Positions 54,573-63,624 are shown, counted from the stretch's first letter. The stretch is DNA of 64,000 nt from Deltaproteobacteria bacterium (GCA_016792625.1 JAEUKK010000059.1:32210-96209), one strand, 5' to 3'. Program-made: numbers and translations. The notes: generated by a model from the sequence alone, not told the origin.

Positions 54573-55111
54573 ACCAGCGCCCGCTGATCGAGGCCCACCT
54601 CGAGCCCACCCCCGAGGACGCGCTCGCCTTTGAGGCGGCCCACCACCTGCGCCAGCCGCAGCAGCGCGCCGGCGCCCGGCTCCGGCGCTTTGCAGCGCCC
54701 GCGGTGGGCGCGGGGCTGGTGGCCGCCCTTCCCTTGCTCGGGGTCCGTGGGCTCGGCCCCCTGCCCGCGCTGGCCGCCGGCCTCGGCCTGGTGTGGGCCT
54801 TGGCCTGGCCTTGGGCCGAGCGCCGCCTCGTCGCGCGCCGGCTCCGGGCCCTCGCCGCCGGGCGGCCCGCCGTCCGCTTGCCTCCGCTGCAGCTGCGCTG
54901 GAACGGGGCCGCGCTCGAGGTCCAGGCCGCCGGGGGCGCGCCGGTGCGCCTGCCCCTGTCTGCGCTGGGCCCCGTGGTGATCGACGGGCCGCGCATCTAC
55001 ATCTACACCGCACAGCACGCTGCTCTCATCTTTCCCGCCGGTCAGGCTGAGGCGCTCGCCGCCGCGCTGCGTGCCGCGGTCGAGGCGCGCGGCGCCCCGC
55101 CGGTCCGGTGA
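54569..55111 (+). CDS. Small membrane protein (YcxB-like arrangement?), unknown function
   Basis: ATGA overlap with the upstream gene. 180 aa. A central TM hairpin (AVGAGLVAALPLLGV...LAAGLGLVWALAWPW) is followed by a beta-rich tail. Confidence 0.55.
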   Translation: MNQRPLIEAHLEPTPEDALAFEAAHHLRQPQQRAGARLRRFAAPAVGAGLVAALPLLGVRGLGPLPALAAGLGLVWALAWPWAERRLVARRLRALAAGRPAVRLPPLQLRWNGAALEVQAAGGAPVRLPLSALGPVVIDGPRIYIYTAQHAALIFPAGQAEALAAALRAAVEARGAPPVR

Positions 55112-56832
55112 GCGGCGCCGGGACCGGCCGGCGCCTGCTCCGCCGCTTTCGCCCCCACGCGCCGCGCCTCGCCCTCGCCATTGCGCTGATCGGCGTGCAG
55201 GCCAGCGTCCCCGCCGCGCTTGTGCTGCTGCTTGAGGGTGTGCTCGACGCGGGCCTCGCCGCGGGTGACCGGCGGGTCCTGCTCTGGGCGCCGCTGGCCT
55301 TGGTCGGGCTCTACCTCATCGGTGGCGCCGCCGATCTGGCCCGGGCCACGCTGACCCGGCGGGTGGCTTGGGCGGTGGTCGCCGAGCTGCGGGCCGCGCT
55401 CGCCGCGGCCCTCCTTCGCCAAGACCTGCCCTTCCACCTCGAGCGGCGGCCGGCCGCCCTCGCCGCCGCGCTGACCGGCGAGGTGGAGGACGTCCAATAC
55501 GCCGTCTCTGCCGTTGTTTCGGCGGTGCAGCGGCCGCTGACGGTGCTGGGCTTGCTGCTCAGCGCCGCCCGCATCGCCCCCGACCTGACCCTGGTCGCCG
55601 CGGTGGTCCTGCCCCTGCTGCTGCTGCCCACCCGCGCGCTGCAGCGCCGCCTGCGCGCGGCGGCGGCGGCGCGCAACGTGGCCCGGGCCGCGCTGGCGGG
55701 GGTGGCGACCGAGCTGGTGGCGGGCGCTCGGACCTTGCAAGAGCTCGGCGCCGAGGCCCAGGCGCAGGCCCGCTTTGACGCCGCCGCCGCCCAGGTCGAC
55801 GAGGCGGAGCGCCGGGCCCACCTCGCCCGGCTATTGCCCGGGCCGGTGGTCGAGCTCGCCGCGGCGGCGGGGATCGCCGCGCTCATCGCGGTGGGCGGCC
55901 GCCAGGTGCTCGCCGGCGCCCTGAGCCCGGGCGGCCTCGTGGCCTTCCTCGTGGCGCTGGGCCTCGCGCTCAAGCCGCTCAAGGGCCTGGTCGAGGTGGG
56001 CAGCCTGATGAGCCGGGCCACCGCGAGCGCCGAGCGGGCCTTCGCCCTCATCGACCGGCAGCCGGCCCTGCCCCCCGAGGGCGCGGCGCCCTGCCCGCCC
56101 CGCTTCGTGGTCGAGGTGCGCGGCCTCCACTTCGGCTGGGGCGCGCGTGAGGTGCTGCGCGGCGTCGATCTGCGCCTCGCGCCCGGCCGGCTGGTCGGCC
56201 TGGTGGGCGCCTCAGGCGCGGGCAAGTCCACGCTGCTGCGCGCGCTGCTCGGTCACCTGCAGCCCCAGGCCGGGGAGATCTGGGTCGACGGCGCGCCGCT
56301 CTCCACCCTCCGCCGGGCGGCCTGGCGGGCCCGGGTGGCGGCGGTGGGGCCCGAGGATCTGCTGCTGGACGCCAGCCCCGAGGAGAACCTGCGGCTCGGC
56401 GCCCCCGCCGCGACCATGGACGCGCTGCGGTCCGCCGCGCAGGCCGCCGGCGCGCTGGAGCTGCTCGACGCTGGACTTTGGGGCCAGCCGATCGGCCACG
56501 AGGGGCGGCGCTTGTCGGCCGGGCAGCGGCAGCGCCTGCTGCTGAGCCGCGCGCTGCTGCGCGATCCGGGCTTGCTGCTGCTCGACGAGCCGACCAGCCA
56601 CCTCGACGCGGGGGCCGAGGCCGCGCTGCTCGGCGTGATCGCCGACCTGGCCCGGGACCGGGCGGTGCTGCATGTCAGCCACCGCCTGCGCGCCCTCGTC
56701 GACTGCGACGAGATCCTCGTGCTACACGAGGGCCAGATCGTGGAGCGTGGGCGCCACGCCGCCCTGCTGGCGGCCGGCGGCATCTACGCCCGGCTCTGGG
56801 CCGAGGGGGAGGGAGATGGCGCACAAAGCTGA
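55108..56832 (+). CDS. msbA: Lipid A/LPS-core flippase-type ABC exporter (MsbA family)
   Basis: GTGA overlap with the upstream gene. A 6-TM exporter domain is followed by Walker A GASGAGKST, signature LSAGQRQRLLLSRAL and Walker B LLLLDEPTS. The context is between lpxB and waaA/lpxK. Confidence 0.8.
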   Translation: MSGAGTGRRLLRRFRPHAPRLALAIALIGVQASVPAALVLLLEGVLDAGLAAGDRRVLLWAPLALVGLYLIGGAADLARATLTRRVAWAVVAELRAALAAALLRQDLPFHLERRPAALAAALTGEVEDVQYAVSAVVSAVQRPLTVLGLLLSAARIAPDLTLVAAVVLPLLLLPTRALQRRLRAAAAARNVARAALAGVATELVAGARTLQELGAEAQAQARFDAAAAQVDEAERRAHLARLLPGPVVELAAAAGIAALIAVGGRQVLAGALSPGGLVAFLVALGLALKPLKGLVEVGSLMSRATASAERAFALIDRQPALPPEGAAPCPPRFVVEVRGLHFGWGAREVLRGVDLRLAPGRLVGLVGASGAGKSTLLRALLGHLQPQAGEIWVDGAPLSTLRRAAWRARVAAVGPEDLLLDASPEENLRLGAPAATMDALRSAAQAAGALELLDAGLWGQPIGHEGRRLSAGQRQRLLLSRALLRDPGLLLLDEPTSHLDAGAEAALLGVIADLARDRAVLHVSHRLRALVDCDEILVLHEGQIVERGRHAALLAAGGIYARLWAEGEGDGAQS

Positions 56833-57217
56833 GGGAGGGGAGGCCACGCTCCCCGCGCTGGGCGATGTGGCCGCGCTGCGCCTCGCCGGAGAGCTCGGCT
56901 GGCGGGCCGCGGTCGAGGCGGTGACCCGCCAGATCCCCGCGGGGCGGGTGCTCAGCTATGGCGATGTGGCCGCCGTCCTCGGCGCGCCGCGGGCAGCGCG
57001 CCAGGTCGGCTACGCCCTGGCCGCGCTCTCCCCCGAGGCCTGCGCCCAAGTCCCCTGGTGGCGGGTGCTGCGCACCGATGGGAGCATCGCGCTGCAGGGC
57101 GATCCCGTGCGGGGCGACGCCCAGGCCGCCGCGCTGCGGGCCGAGGGCGTGGCGGTCGACGGCCACCGGGTCGACATGGCGACGGCGCGCTGGGACCTGC
57201 GCGAGGCGCTGCGGTGA
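56816..57217 (+). CDS. Alkyltransferase-like protein (ATL; MGMT DNA-binding fold with Cys replaced by Trp)
   Basis: The ATG at 56816 overlaps msbA by 17 nt. The 133-aa product is collinear, from memory, with E. coli YbaZ: YGDVAAVLGAPRAARQVGYAL...VPWWRVLRTDGSIAL...LRAEGV. The motif is PWWRV instead of PCHRV. Confidence 0.8.
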   Translation: MAHKAEGGEATLPALGDVAALRLAGELGWRAAVEAVTRQIPAGRVLSYGDVAAVLGAPRAARQVGYALAALSPEACAQVPWWRVLRTDGSIALQGDPVRGDAQAAALRAEGVAVDGHRVDMATARWDLREALR

Positions 57218-59301
57218 GCGCAGGGGCGGCGCCGTTGCTGCCGCCGCCGTCCGCGATCGACCGGCTCATTGGGGCGCTCGCCCTGCTCGTGTGGAGAGGC
57301 GTCGGGCTGGCTGTTTTGCTCGCCATGCTGCTCCATCCCCGATGGCGGGCGCGGGCCCTGCGCTGCCCCGCGCCCCCGCCCGGCCGCGCTTGGCTGCACG
57401 GGGCGAGCCGCGGAGAGCAGGCGATCAGCCGGGCCATCCGGCCCCTGTTCGCGGAGGGGGTGTGGCCGACCGCGCTGGCCCTGCGCGGTCCGGTGGAGGG
57501 CGCGCTGCCGGCCCCCCTCGACCTGCCGCTGAGCTTCGAGGCCTGGCTGCGGCGGGCCCGCCCGACCCGCCTGGTGCTCATCGAGGCCGAGCTCTGGCCC
57601 GGCTGGCTGGCCGCCTGCCGCCGCCACGGGGTGCCGGTGCTGCTGCTGGCCCCGCGTGAGCGCCGCGGGCTGCCCCGCTGGCGGCGGTCCGGGCCGCTCG
57701 GGCGGGCGCTGCTGGCGGGCGTGCGGGTGCTCCCCGCGGGGGAGGTCGGCGATCTCAAGGCCTTGGACCCCTATCACCCCGAGCCCGCGCCGGGCGCGGC
57801 CCTCCCCGGCGCGCTGATCGGCCTGAGCCTGCGGGCGGGAGACGCGGCGCGGGTGGTCGGCGCGCACCAGCGCCTGCCCCCGCCGCGGCCGCCGCTGGTG
57901 CTCTGCCCCCGGCACGCCGCGGAGGTGCCCGAGGCGCTGGCCGCGCTGCAGCGGGCCGGGCTGCAGGCCGCGCGGCTCAGCGGCGGGGGTGCCCGGCCCG
58001 GAGATGACGCGCTGGTGCTCGATCAGCTCGGGCACCAGGCGGCGGCCGCACGGGTCGCCGCGGCGGCGGTGCTCGGCGGCAGCTTCACGGCCGAGATCGG
58101 GGGCCACAGCCCCCAAGACGCCCTGCGGGCCGGGGTCCCCGTGGTGGTCGGGCCGCATACGGCCAGCAACGCCGCGGGCCTCGGGCCGGCCCGCGCGCAG
58201 GCCCCACCCCTGGTCTTCGACGCGCCCGACGATGAAGATGGCCTCACTGGCGCCATCGCCGCCGCGCTGCGCCGCGGGCCGGGCCCGCCGCCGCTGGTCG
58301 GTCAAGCGCCGCTGCAGACGGTCGCCACCGCCCTGCCGCTGCCCCGCACCCAGCCAGAGCGCCCGGCCCGCCCGCTGCTGCGCCCGCTGCGGCCGCTCTG
58401 GGCGCTGGGCCTGCGCGCCCACCGGGCCTGGGCCGGGCGCCCAACGCCCCCACCGCTGCCGGTGGTGGTGGTCGGCGGGCTCAGCGCGGGTGGCACCGGG
58501 AAGACCCCGCTGGTCGGCCTGCTCGCCGCGCGCCTGCCTGGGGCCTGGGTCGGCGCGCGTGGGGTCGGCCGCCCCGCGCCGGGCCCCCGCCTACGCATCG
58601 GGCGGCCCGGGCCCCTGCCCGTGGCCGGCCTGGGCGACGAGCTCGAGCTGCTGCGCCGCCGCGGCCACCCCGCGCTGAGCTGCCCCGAGAAGCGCGCGCT
58701 GGCACCGGCCGCCGCCGCGCAGGGCGCCCGCTGCCTCGTGATCGACGATGGGCTGCAGAGCTGGGGGCTCAGCGCCCACCTGCGCATCGTGACGCTGGAC
58801 CTGCGGCGGCCCACCGGCGGCGGCCTGCTGCCCGCCGGTGAGGCCCGCGAGGGCCTGGACGCCCTCCAGCGCGTCGATCTGATCTGCTTGTATGGCGGGG
58901 CGGCGCCCACGCAGCCCGCCCCCGTGCCAGCGCCCCCCCTGCCCGAAGGTGTCCCCCTGCTGCGGGCTTGGTCCCGCCCGGTCGGCTGGCTGCGCCGCGG
59001 CCAGCGCTGCCCGCTGGGCGCGCGGTCGGGCGTGGTCGACGTCGCGGTGGGCATCGCGCACAACGGCGATCTGCTGGCCCTCCTGCTCGATCTGGGGCTG
59101 CGGCCGCGCGAGGTGATCAGCCTGCCCGATCACGGCGCCCTCCCTCCCTTGCCGCCGGGCTGCGTGCTCACCGAGAAGGACGCCGCGCGCCTGCCCGCCG
59201 AGGCCGACGTCTGGGCGCTGATCCTCGAGCTGCGGCTCGACGCCGACGGCGAGGCGGCCCTGGCAGAGGCGCTCGCCGGCTGCGGCCTGGGGCCCGGATG
59301 A
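57214..59301 (+). CDS. Single ORF fusing Kdo transferase (WaaA/KdtA, N-terminal) and tetraacyldisaccharide 4'-kinase (LpxK, C-terminal)
   Basis: GTGA overlap with the ATL gene. The WaaA blocks are AWLHGASRGEQ, LVLIEAELWPGWL and GGSF...GGHSPQDAL. From about residue 385 the LpxK part begins: LLRPLRPLWALGLRAHRAW...PVVVVGGLSAGGTGKTP (P-loop, nt 58474-58509). There is no stop codon between the two halves. Confidence 0.8.
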   Translation: MSAGAAPLLPPPSAIDRLIGALALLVWRGVGLAVLLAMLLHPRWRARALRCPAPPPGRAWLHGASRGEQAISRAIRPLFAEGVWPTALALRGPVEGALPAPLDLPLSFEAWLRRARPTRLVLIEAELWPGWLAACRRHGVPVLLLAPRERRGLPRWRRSGPLGRALLAGVRVLPAGEVGDLKALDPYHPEPAPGAALPGALIGLSLRAGDAARVVGAHQRLPPPRPPLVLCPRHAAEVPEALAALQRAGLQAARLSGGGARPGDDALVLDQLGHQAAAARVAAAAVLGGSFTAEIGGHSPQDALRAGVPVVVGPHTASNAAGLGPARAQAPPLVFDAPDDEDGLTGAIAAALRRGPGPPPLVGQAPLQTVATALPLPRTQPERPARPLLRPLRPLWALGLRAHRAWAGRPTPPPLPVVVVGGLSAGGTGKTPLVGLLAARLPGAWVGARGVGRPAPGPRLRIGRPGPLPVAGLGDELELLRRRGHPALSCPEKRALAPAAAAQGARCLVIDDGLQSWGLSAHLRIVTLDLRRPTGGGLLPAGEAREGLDALQRVDLICLYGGAAPTQPAPVPAPPLPEGVPLLRAWSRPVGWLRRGQRCPLGARSGVVDVAVGIAHNGDLLALLLDLGLRPREVISLPDHGALPPLPPGCVLTEKDAARLPAEADVWALILELRLDADGEAALAEALAGCGLGPG

Positions 59302-60047
59302 GCGCCGGCGGGATCTGGCGCGCGCTCGGCTGGGGGCTGGGCGCGCTGTGGTGGTGGGCGCTCCCCATCCGCCGGGCCGAGGCCACCGCCGCGCTGCGGT
59401 CGGCCCTCCCTTCCGCCGGTCCACCAGGCCCGCTGCTGCGGCGCGCCGTGGGCTCCGCCGCCCTGGGCTACCTCGAGCTGCTCTTTGGCCGACCGATGGA
59501 GATTGACGGCCTGGAGGGCATCTCTGCCCTGTTGCGCCCTGATCGGGGCCTCTGGTGCCTCGCCGGGCACCACGGCCCCTGGGACCTGCTGCTCGTGCGG
59601 GCCAGCGCCGCGGTGCCGATCAGCATCTTCGTGCGTGCGCCGAGCGGGCGCCTGAGCCGGGCCGCGCTGGCCCACCTGCGGCGCCGCGGCGGCGATCTCG
59701 AGCTGCTGAGCCCCGCGGCGGGCATCGAGGCGGCCACGGCGGCCTATGCCCGCGGCCGGGTGGTGGTCTTCGTCCAAGACCAGCGCCACAACCGCGGGGT
59801 CGCCGCGCCCTTCTTTGGTCGCCCGGCGAAGACGAGCACCGGCCTCGCCCGGGCCCTCGCCGCGCACCCGGGGCCAGTGCTGTGGGCCGAAGCCTGGCGG
59901 GCCGCCGACGGGCGGCCGATGGGGGCGCTGGACCTGCGGGTGGTCAGGCCGGGCGTCGACCCCACCACCTGGAGCCAAACACAGCACGAGGGCGCCGCAC
60001 GGGCGCGGCCTGGCGACTGGTGGTGGCTGCACAAGCGCTGGGCCTGA
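59298..60047 (+). CDS. Lipid A late acyltransferase-like protein (LpxL/HtrB, LPLAT superfamily)
   Basis: ATGA overlap with the upstream gene. 249 aa. An N-terminal TM (IWRALGWGLGALWWWAL) is followed by the HX4D-type motif AGHHGPWDL and the downstream block VVFVQDQRHNRG. Confidence 0.6.
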   Translation: MSAGGIWRALGWGLGALWWWALPIRRAEATAALRSALPSAGPPGPLLRRAVGSAALGYLELLFGRPMEIDGLEGISALLRPDRGLWCLAGHHGPWDLLLVRASAAVPISIFVRAPSGRLSRAALAHLRRRGGDLELLSPAAGIEAATAAYARGRVVVFVQDQRHNRGVAAPFFGRPAKTSTGLARALAAHPGPVLWAEAWRAADGRPMGALDLRVVRPGVDPTTWSQTQHEGAARARPGDWWWLHKRWA

Positions 60048-60058
60048 GGCCCGGCGGC

Positions 60059-62623
60059 TCAGCGCCAGCCGCCGCCGCCCACGATGGTGACCTGCCCGGC
60101 GTCTTTGTTGCCGTTGGCGTCTTGGTAGGGCGCGCCGATGAGCAGGTCGCCGATGGTGTCGCCGGTCACGTCGCCGCCGCCCAGAGCCGCGCCCGTCCAG
60201 GCCTCGGCGTCATCGCCGATGACCTTGGCGTCGGCGGCCCGCAGGTCGATGGTACCGGCCAGCGCCCCGAACAGCAGGTAGGCCGCGCCGGCGTTGCTGC
60301 CGCCGTCGTCGCCCCGACGGGCGCCGATCGCGACGTCGGGCAGGCCATCTTCGTCCATGTCGGGCACGATCTGCAGCGCGCTGCCCGCGTAGTCGTCGTT
60401 GTCCTCGCCGACCAAGATGACGTCAGCGGCGCCGAGGTTGCGGTTGCCGCCCAGCGGGCCGTAGACGACATAGGCAGCGCCCGAGGTGTTGCCGCCGAGA
60501 TCGGCCTCGGGCGCGCCGATCAGCATGTCGCCGTAGCCGTCGCCGTCGAGGTCGCCGAGGGCCGCGGCGAAGCCGGTCAGGTCACCCGAGTTGACGCCCT
60601 TGAGCCGCGCGTCGGCGTCGTCGAGGCCAAAGGTGCCCCGGGGCAGGCCGTGGATGAGGTAGGCCGCGCCGGTGTAGACGCCACTGCTGTGCTCGTTCGG
60701 CGCGCCGATGAGCAGATCGTCGAGGCCGTCGCCGTTCACGTCAGCGCCGCCCGCGACCGCGTAGCCGGCCTGGTCACCGGCCTGCTCGCCGAGGATGCGG
60801 GCGTCGGCCGACCACATGCGGAAGACACCGGTGGTGGGCGCCAGGAAGAGGTAGACCGCGCCCGCCTGCGCGCCGTTCTCGTCGTTCTGGTAGGAGCTCG
60901 TGATGAGATCGACGATCTCGTCGCCGTTCACATCACCGCCGCCCGCCAAGGCCCAGCCGGCTTGGTCGTTGATCGCCTCGCCGTCGAAGGTGCCGACCGC
61001 GTCAGAGAGGTCGATCTCGCCGTCGAGCGGGCCGGCGAAGACATAGACCGTGCCGCCGCCCGAGACGACGCGGTCGGCGTCAAAGGCGCTGACCACGAGG
61101 TCATCGTAGCCATCGCCGGTCACATCGCCCGGGCCGGCCACCACGCCGCCGAGGTGGTCGCCGATCAGCTCGCCGTAGACCATCGCGTCGGCGTCGTCGG
61201 AGCTGAGCTCGCCGGCCACCGGCCCGTAGAAGACGAAGGCCGCGCCCGCGCCGGCGGCGGTGCTGTCTTCGTGGTCGGCGCCGACGACCAGGTCGTCGAT
61301 GAGGTCGCCGTTGAGGTCGCCGGCCGAGGCCACGCTGGCGCCGAAGGTGTCGCCGAGGTTGGCGCCGATGATCACCGCGACCACATCGCAGGCGTCAATG
61401 ATGCCGTCGCAGTCGTTGTCGGCGCCATCGCCGCAGATCTCAGACGCGCCGGGGTTGATGCGGGGGTCGGCGTCGTCACAGTCGAGCCCGCCGCCGTCGA
61501 GGCCGGCAAAACCGTCGAAGTCGGCGTCGAGGTCGTCTTCGCCGCCGCAGTCGCTGTCGATACCGTCGTACCAAGCGTCGACCGCCCCGGGATAGATGTC
61601 GGGGTTGGTGTCGTCACAGTCGAGCGGCTCGGTGCTCGCACCACCCGGGTTGTCGCAGACCGTGGCCACAAAAGCGGCCGGGTCACCCCAGGTGTCGCCG
61701 TCGACATCGGCGTACCAGGGGATCGGCGCGGCGTCGTCAGCCCCGTCGAGCAGGCCGTCACAGTCGTTGTCGATGAGGTCGCCGCAGAGCTCGCGGGCGC
61801 CCGGGTTGACGGTGCGCTGGGTGTCGTCGCAGTCGTCAGAGCTGCGGGCGTAGGCCGGCGGCTGCTCGCAGCCCTGGACCGAGGCCCCAGTCACCCCGTA
61901 GTTGTCGCGATCAACGTCGGGGTACCAGGTGATAAGGCCCGTGACGTCGTCATCTTCGTCGTCGGTAGTGCCGTCACAGTCCTCATCTTCGTCGTTGTCG
62001 TCGCAGAGCTCGGGCGCGCCGGGGTTGATGTAGCGCTTGTCGTCGTCGCAGTCGGTGTTGTCGCCGACGTAGCCCTCGGGCGGCAAGCAGCCGGTCACAA
62101 AACTCGTCGGGTTGCCATAGCCGTCGTTGTCGTCGTCTTCGTACCAGACCTCAGGGTCGGACGCGCCGGCCTCGTCGATCTCGGCGTCGCAGTCATTGTC
62201 GATCTCATCGCAGATCTCAATGGCGCCAGGGCGGATCATCGCGTCGAGATCATCGCAATCGTCGGTGTTGTCGACGTAGCCCGCCGGAGCGGTGCAGGCC
62301 TGGACGGTGTAGTTGGGCGACCCGAAGCCATCGGCGTCGGCGTCGGCGTAGAAGAAGGCCGTGCCGGTCGCGCTGTCTTCGTCGGCTTCGCCGTCGCAGT
62401 CGTTGTCTTTGCCGTCGCAGGTCTCTTCAGCGAAGGGGTAGCTCAGCGCGTCATTGTCGTCGCAGTCGACGCCCGCCACCCACTGGTCGCCGTCGCGGTC
62501 GATGACCGGCGCCGAGCGCAGCTCGGTTTGGCAGCCGCCCAGCAGGACCAGGGCCAGGAGCCCCAGCGGAGCGGAGGGGGCGGTGCGGGCCACGAGCGAC
62601 CGCAGGGGGAGGAGGGGCTGCAT
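60059..62623 (-). CDS. Large lipoprotein: N-terminal Cys/Asp-rich 'metal-binding' repeats followed by FG-GAP (integrin-alpha-like) beta-propeller repeats
   Basis: The track ORF extends to 62884. The ATG at 62621-62623 gives MQPLLPLRSLVARTAPSAPLGLLALVLLGGC (lipobox). DCDD...DCDG repeats fill the first ~370 aa. FG-GAP/Ca-binding motifs follow (FGASVASAGDLNGDLIDDLVVGA, GGADVNGDGLDDLLIGAP, LGDLDGDGYGDMLIGAP). Confidence 0.8.
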   Translation of the reverse strand: MQPLLPLRSLVARTAPSAPLGLLALVLLGGCQTELRSAPVIDRDGDQWVAGVDCDDNDALSYPFAEETCDGKDNDCDGEADEDSATGTAFFYADADADGFGSPNYTVQACTAPAGYVDNTDDCDDLDAMIRPGAIEICDEIDNDCDAEIDEAGASDPEVWYEDDDNDGYGNPTSFVTGCLPPEGYVGDNTDCDDDKRYINPGAPELCDDNDEDEDCDGTTDDEDDDVTGLITWYPDVDRDNYGVTGASVQGCEQPPAYARSSDDCDDTQRTVNPGARELCGDLIDNDCDGLLDGADDAAPIPWYADVDGDTWGDPAAFVATVCDNPGGASTEPLDCDDTNPDIYPGAVDAWYDGIDSDCGGEDDLDADFDGFAGLDGGGLDCDDADPRINPGASEICGDGADNDCDGIIDACDVVAVIIGANLGDTFGASVASAGDLNGDLIDDLVVGADHEDSTAAGAGAAFVFYGPVAGELSSDDADAMVYGELIGDHLGGVVAGPGDVTGDGYDDLVVSAFDADRVVSGGGTVYVFAGPLDGEIDLSDAVGTFDGEAINDQAGWALAGGGDVNGDEIVDLITSSYQNDENGAQAGAVYLFLAPTTGVFRMWSADARILGEQAGDQAGYAVAGGADVNGDGLDDLLIGAPNEHSSGVYTGAAYLIHGLPRGTFGLDDADARLKGVNSGDLTGFAAALGDLDGDGYGDMLIGAPEADLGGNTSGAAYVVYGPLGGNRNLGAADVILVGEDNDDYAGSALQIVPDMDEDGLPDVAIGARRGDDGGSNAGAAYLLFGALAGTIDLRAADAKVIGDDAEAWTGAALGGGDVTGDTIGDLLIGAPYQDANGNKDAGQVTIVGGGGWR

Positions 62624-62724
62624 CGGAACCTCAGGCGGAGAGGCGGCCACCATATCCCCCTCCGCCACGACCCGCGCTGCGCGGCCCAGCCGGGGTGATA
62701 GGCGGTCGGCGCGGAGGCCTGCGG

Positions 62725-63624
62725 ATGAGCAGCCAGAACCTGTTTGTCCAGCTCTTGCCCGGGGGGGCCGCCGGCACCCCAGATGTACCGGCCGCACACG
62801 GCCTGAGCCGCGCGCTGACCGTCGTCCTCGACCGTGAGCCGGCGCTGGTCCGCCACCTGCTCCGCTGCCTGGGCCTGCGGCCACGGGTCGACCCGCGCCG
62901 GTCGGGCGAGCTGGTCCGCGTGCAGGGGCCGACCGCCGACGACGACCTGCTGGTGCCCCTCCAGCTGCGCTGCGACGACCTCCTCCTCTACGTCGACACC
63001 CACCTCGAGCGGGCGCTCCAGCCGGGGCGCCGCCCCGCCCGGCCCCCGCCGCAGCTCGCCGCCCGGCGCCGGGCCTTGCACGCCCACCTCAGCGCCGCCG
63101 CCGCGCGAGAGGGGCGCGAGGGCGCGCTGATCGAGCTCTCCGCCGCGGCGCTGCCACCGCCCCCGGCCGCGCTCGGCCTGCACCGCGGCCTGCGCTTTTG
63201 GTGGGACGTCTCGGCGGCGATCGAGGACTGGCTGGCCCACGCCAACCACCCCGACGCCGACCACCGCGTCTTTCTGGCCGAACAGCTGCTCGAGTTCATG
63301 GAGGAGCTCAGCCTCGACCCGCCCGCCCCCCTCGACCCCGGTCGCTGGCTGCCCGAGGACGCCGCCCACCTGCTGGTCATGGCCGCGTCTGGCCTTGAGG
63401 GCACCGAGGCCGAGGTCACCGACGATGGTGTGCTGCACCTGCTCCGCGACGGCCACCGCGCGCGGCTGCGGTGGGGCCCCGCCGGCGTCGAGGTGGAGGA
63501 CGAGGCCCACGGTCGGCGGATCGTACCGCAGCCGCCCCGCGCCTTTTGGGAGGCGGACCTCCCCGGTCAGCTGGAGTACATGGTCGGCCTGCTCCGCGCC
63601 CTGGTGGAGGACCTATGGGCATGA
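62725..63624 (+). CDS. Hypothetical cytoplasmic protein
   Basis: The ATG at 62725 lies 7 nt after GGAGG (track start is a GTG at 62695). The product is 299 aa with high GC3. I recognised no motif. The antisense track ORF 62443-63510 has typical wrong-strand composition. Confidence 0.6.
   Translation: MSSQNLFVQLLPGGAAGTPDVPAAHGLSRALTVVLDREPALVRHLLRCLGLRPRVDPRRSGELVRVQGPTADDDLLVPLQLRCDDLLLYVDTHLERALQPGRRPARPPPQLAARRRALHAHLSAAAAREGREGALIELSAAALPPPPAALGLHRGLRFWWDVSAAIEDWLAHANHPDADHRVFLAEQLLEFMEELSLDPPAPLDPGRWLPEDAAHLLVMAASGLEGTEAEVTDDGVLHLLRDGHRARLRWGPAGVEVEDEAHGRRIVPQPPRAFWEADLPGQLEYMVGLLRALVEDLWA

Noticed and set aside
59555-62698. 1047-aa plus-strand ORF, the longest in the window
   Set aside because: It is antisense to the FG-GAP/Cys-repeat lipoprotein gene. 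The composition is Arg/Ala/Gly/Val-dominated with no motif, signal or repeat logic. This is a typical stop-free mirror frame in very GC-rich DNA. The minus-strand product has clear lipobox, DCDG and FG-GAP motifs.
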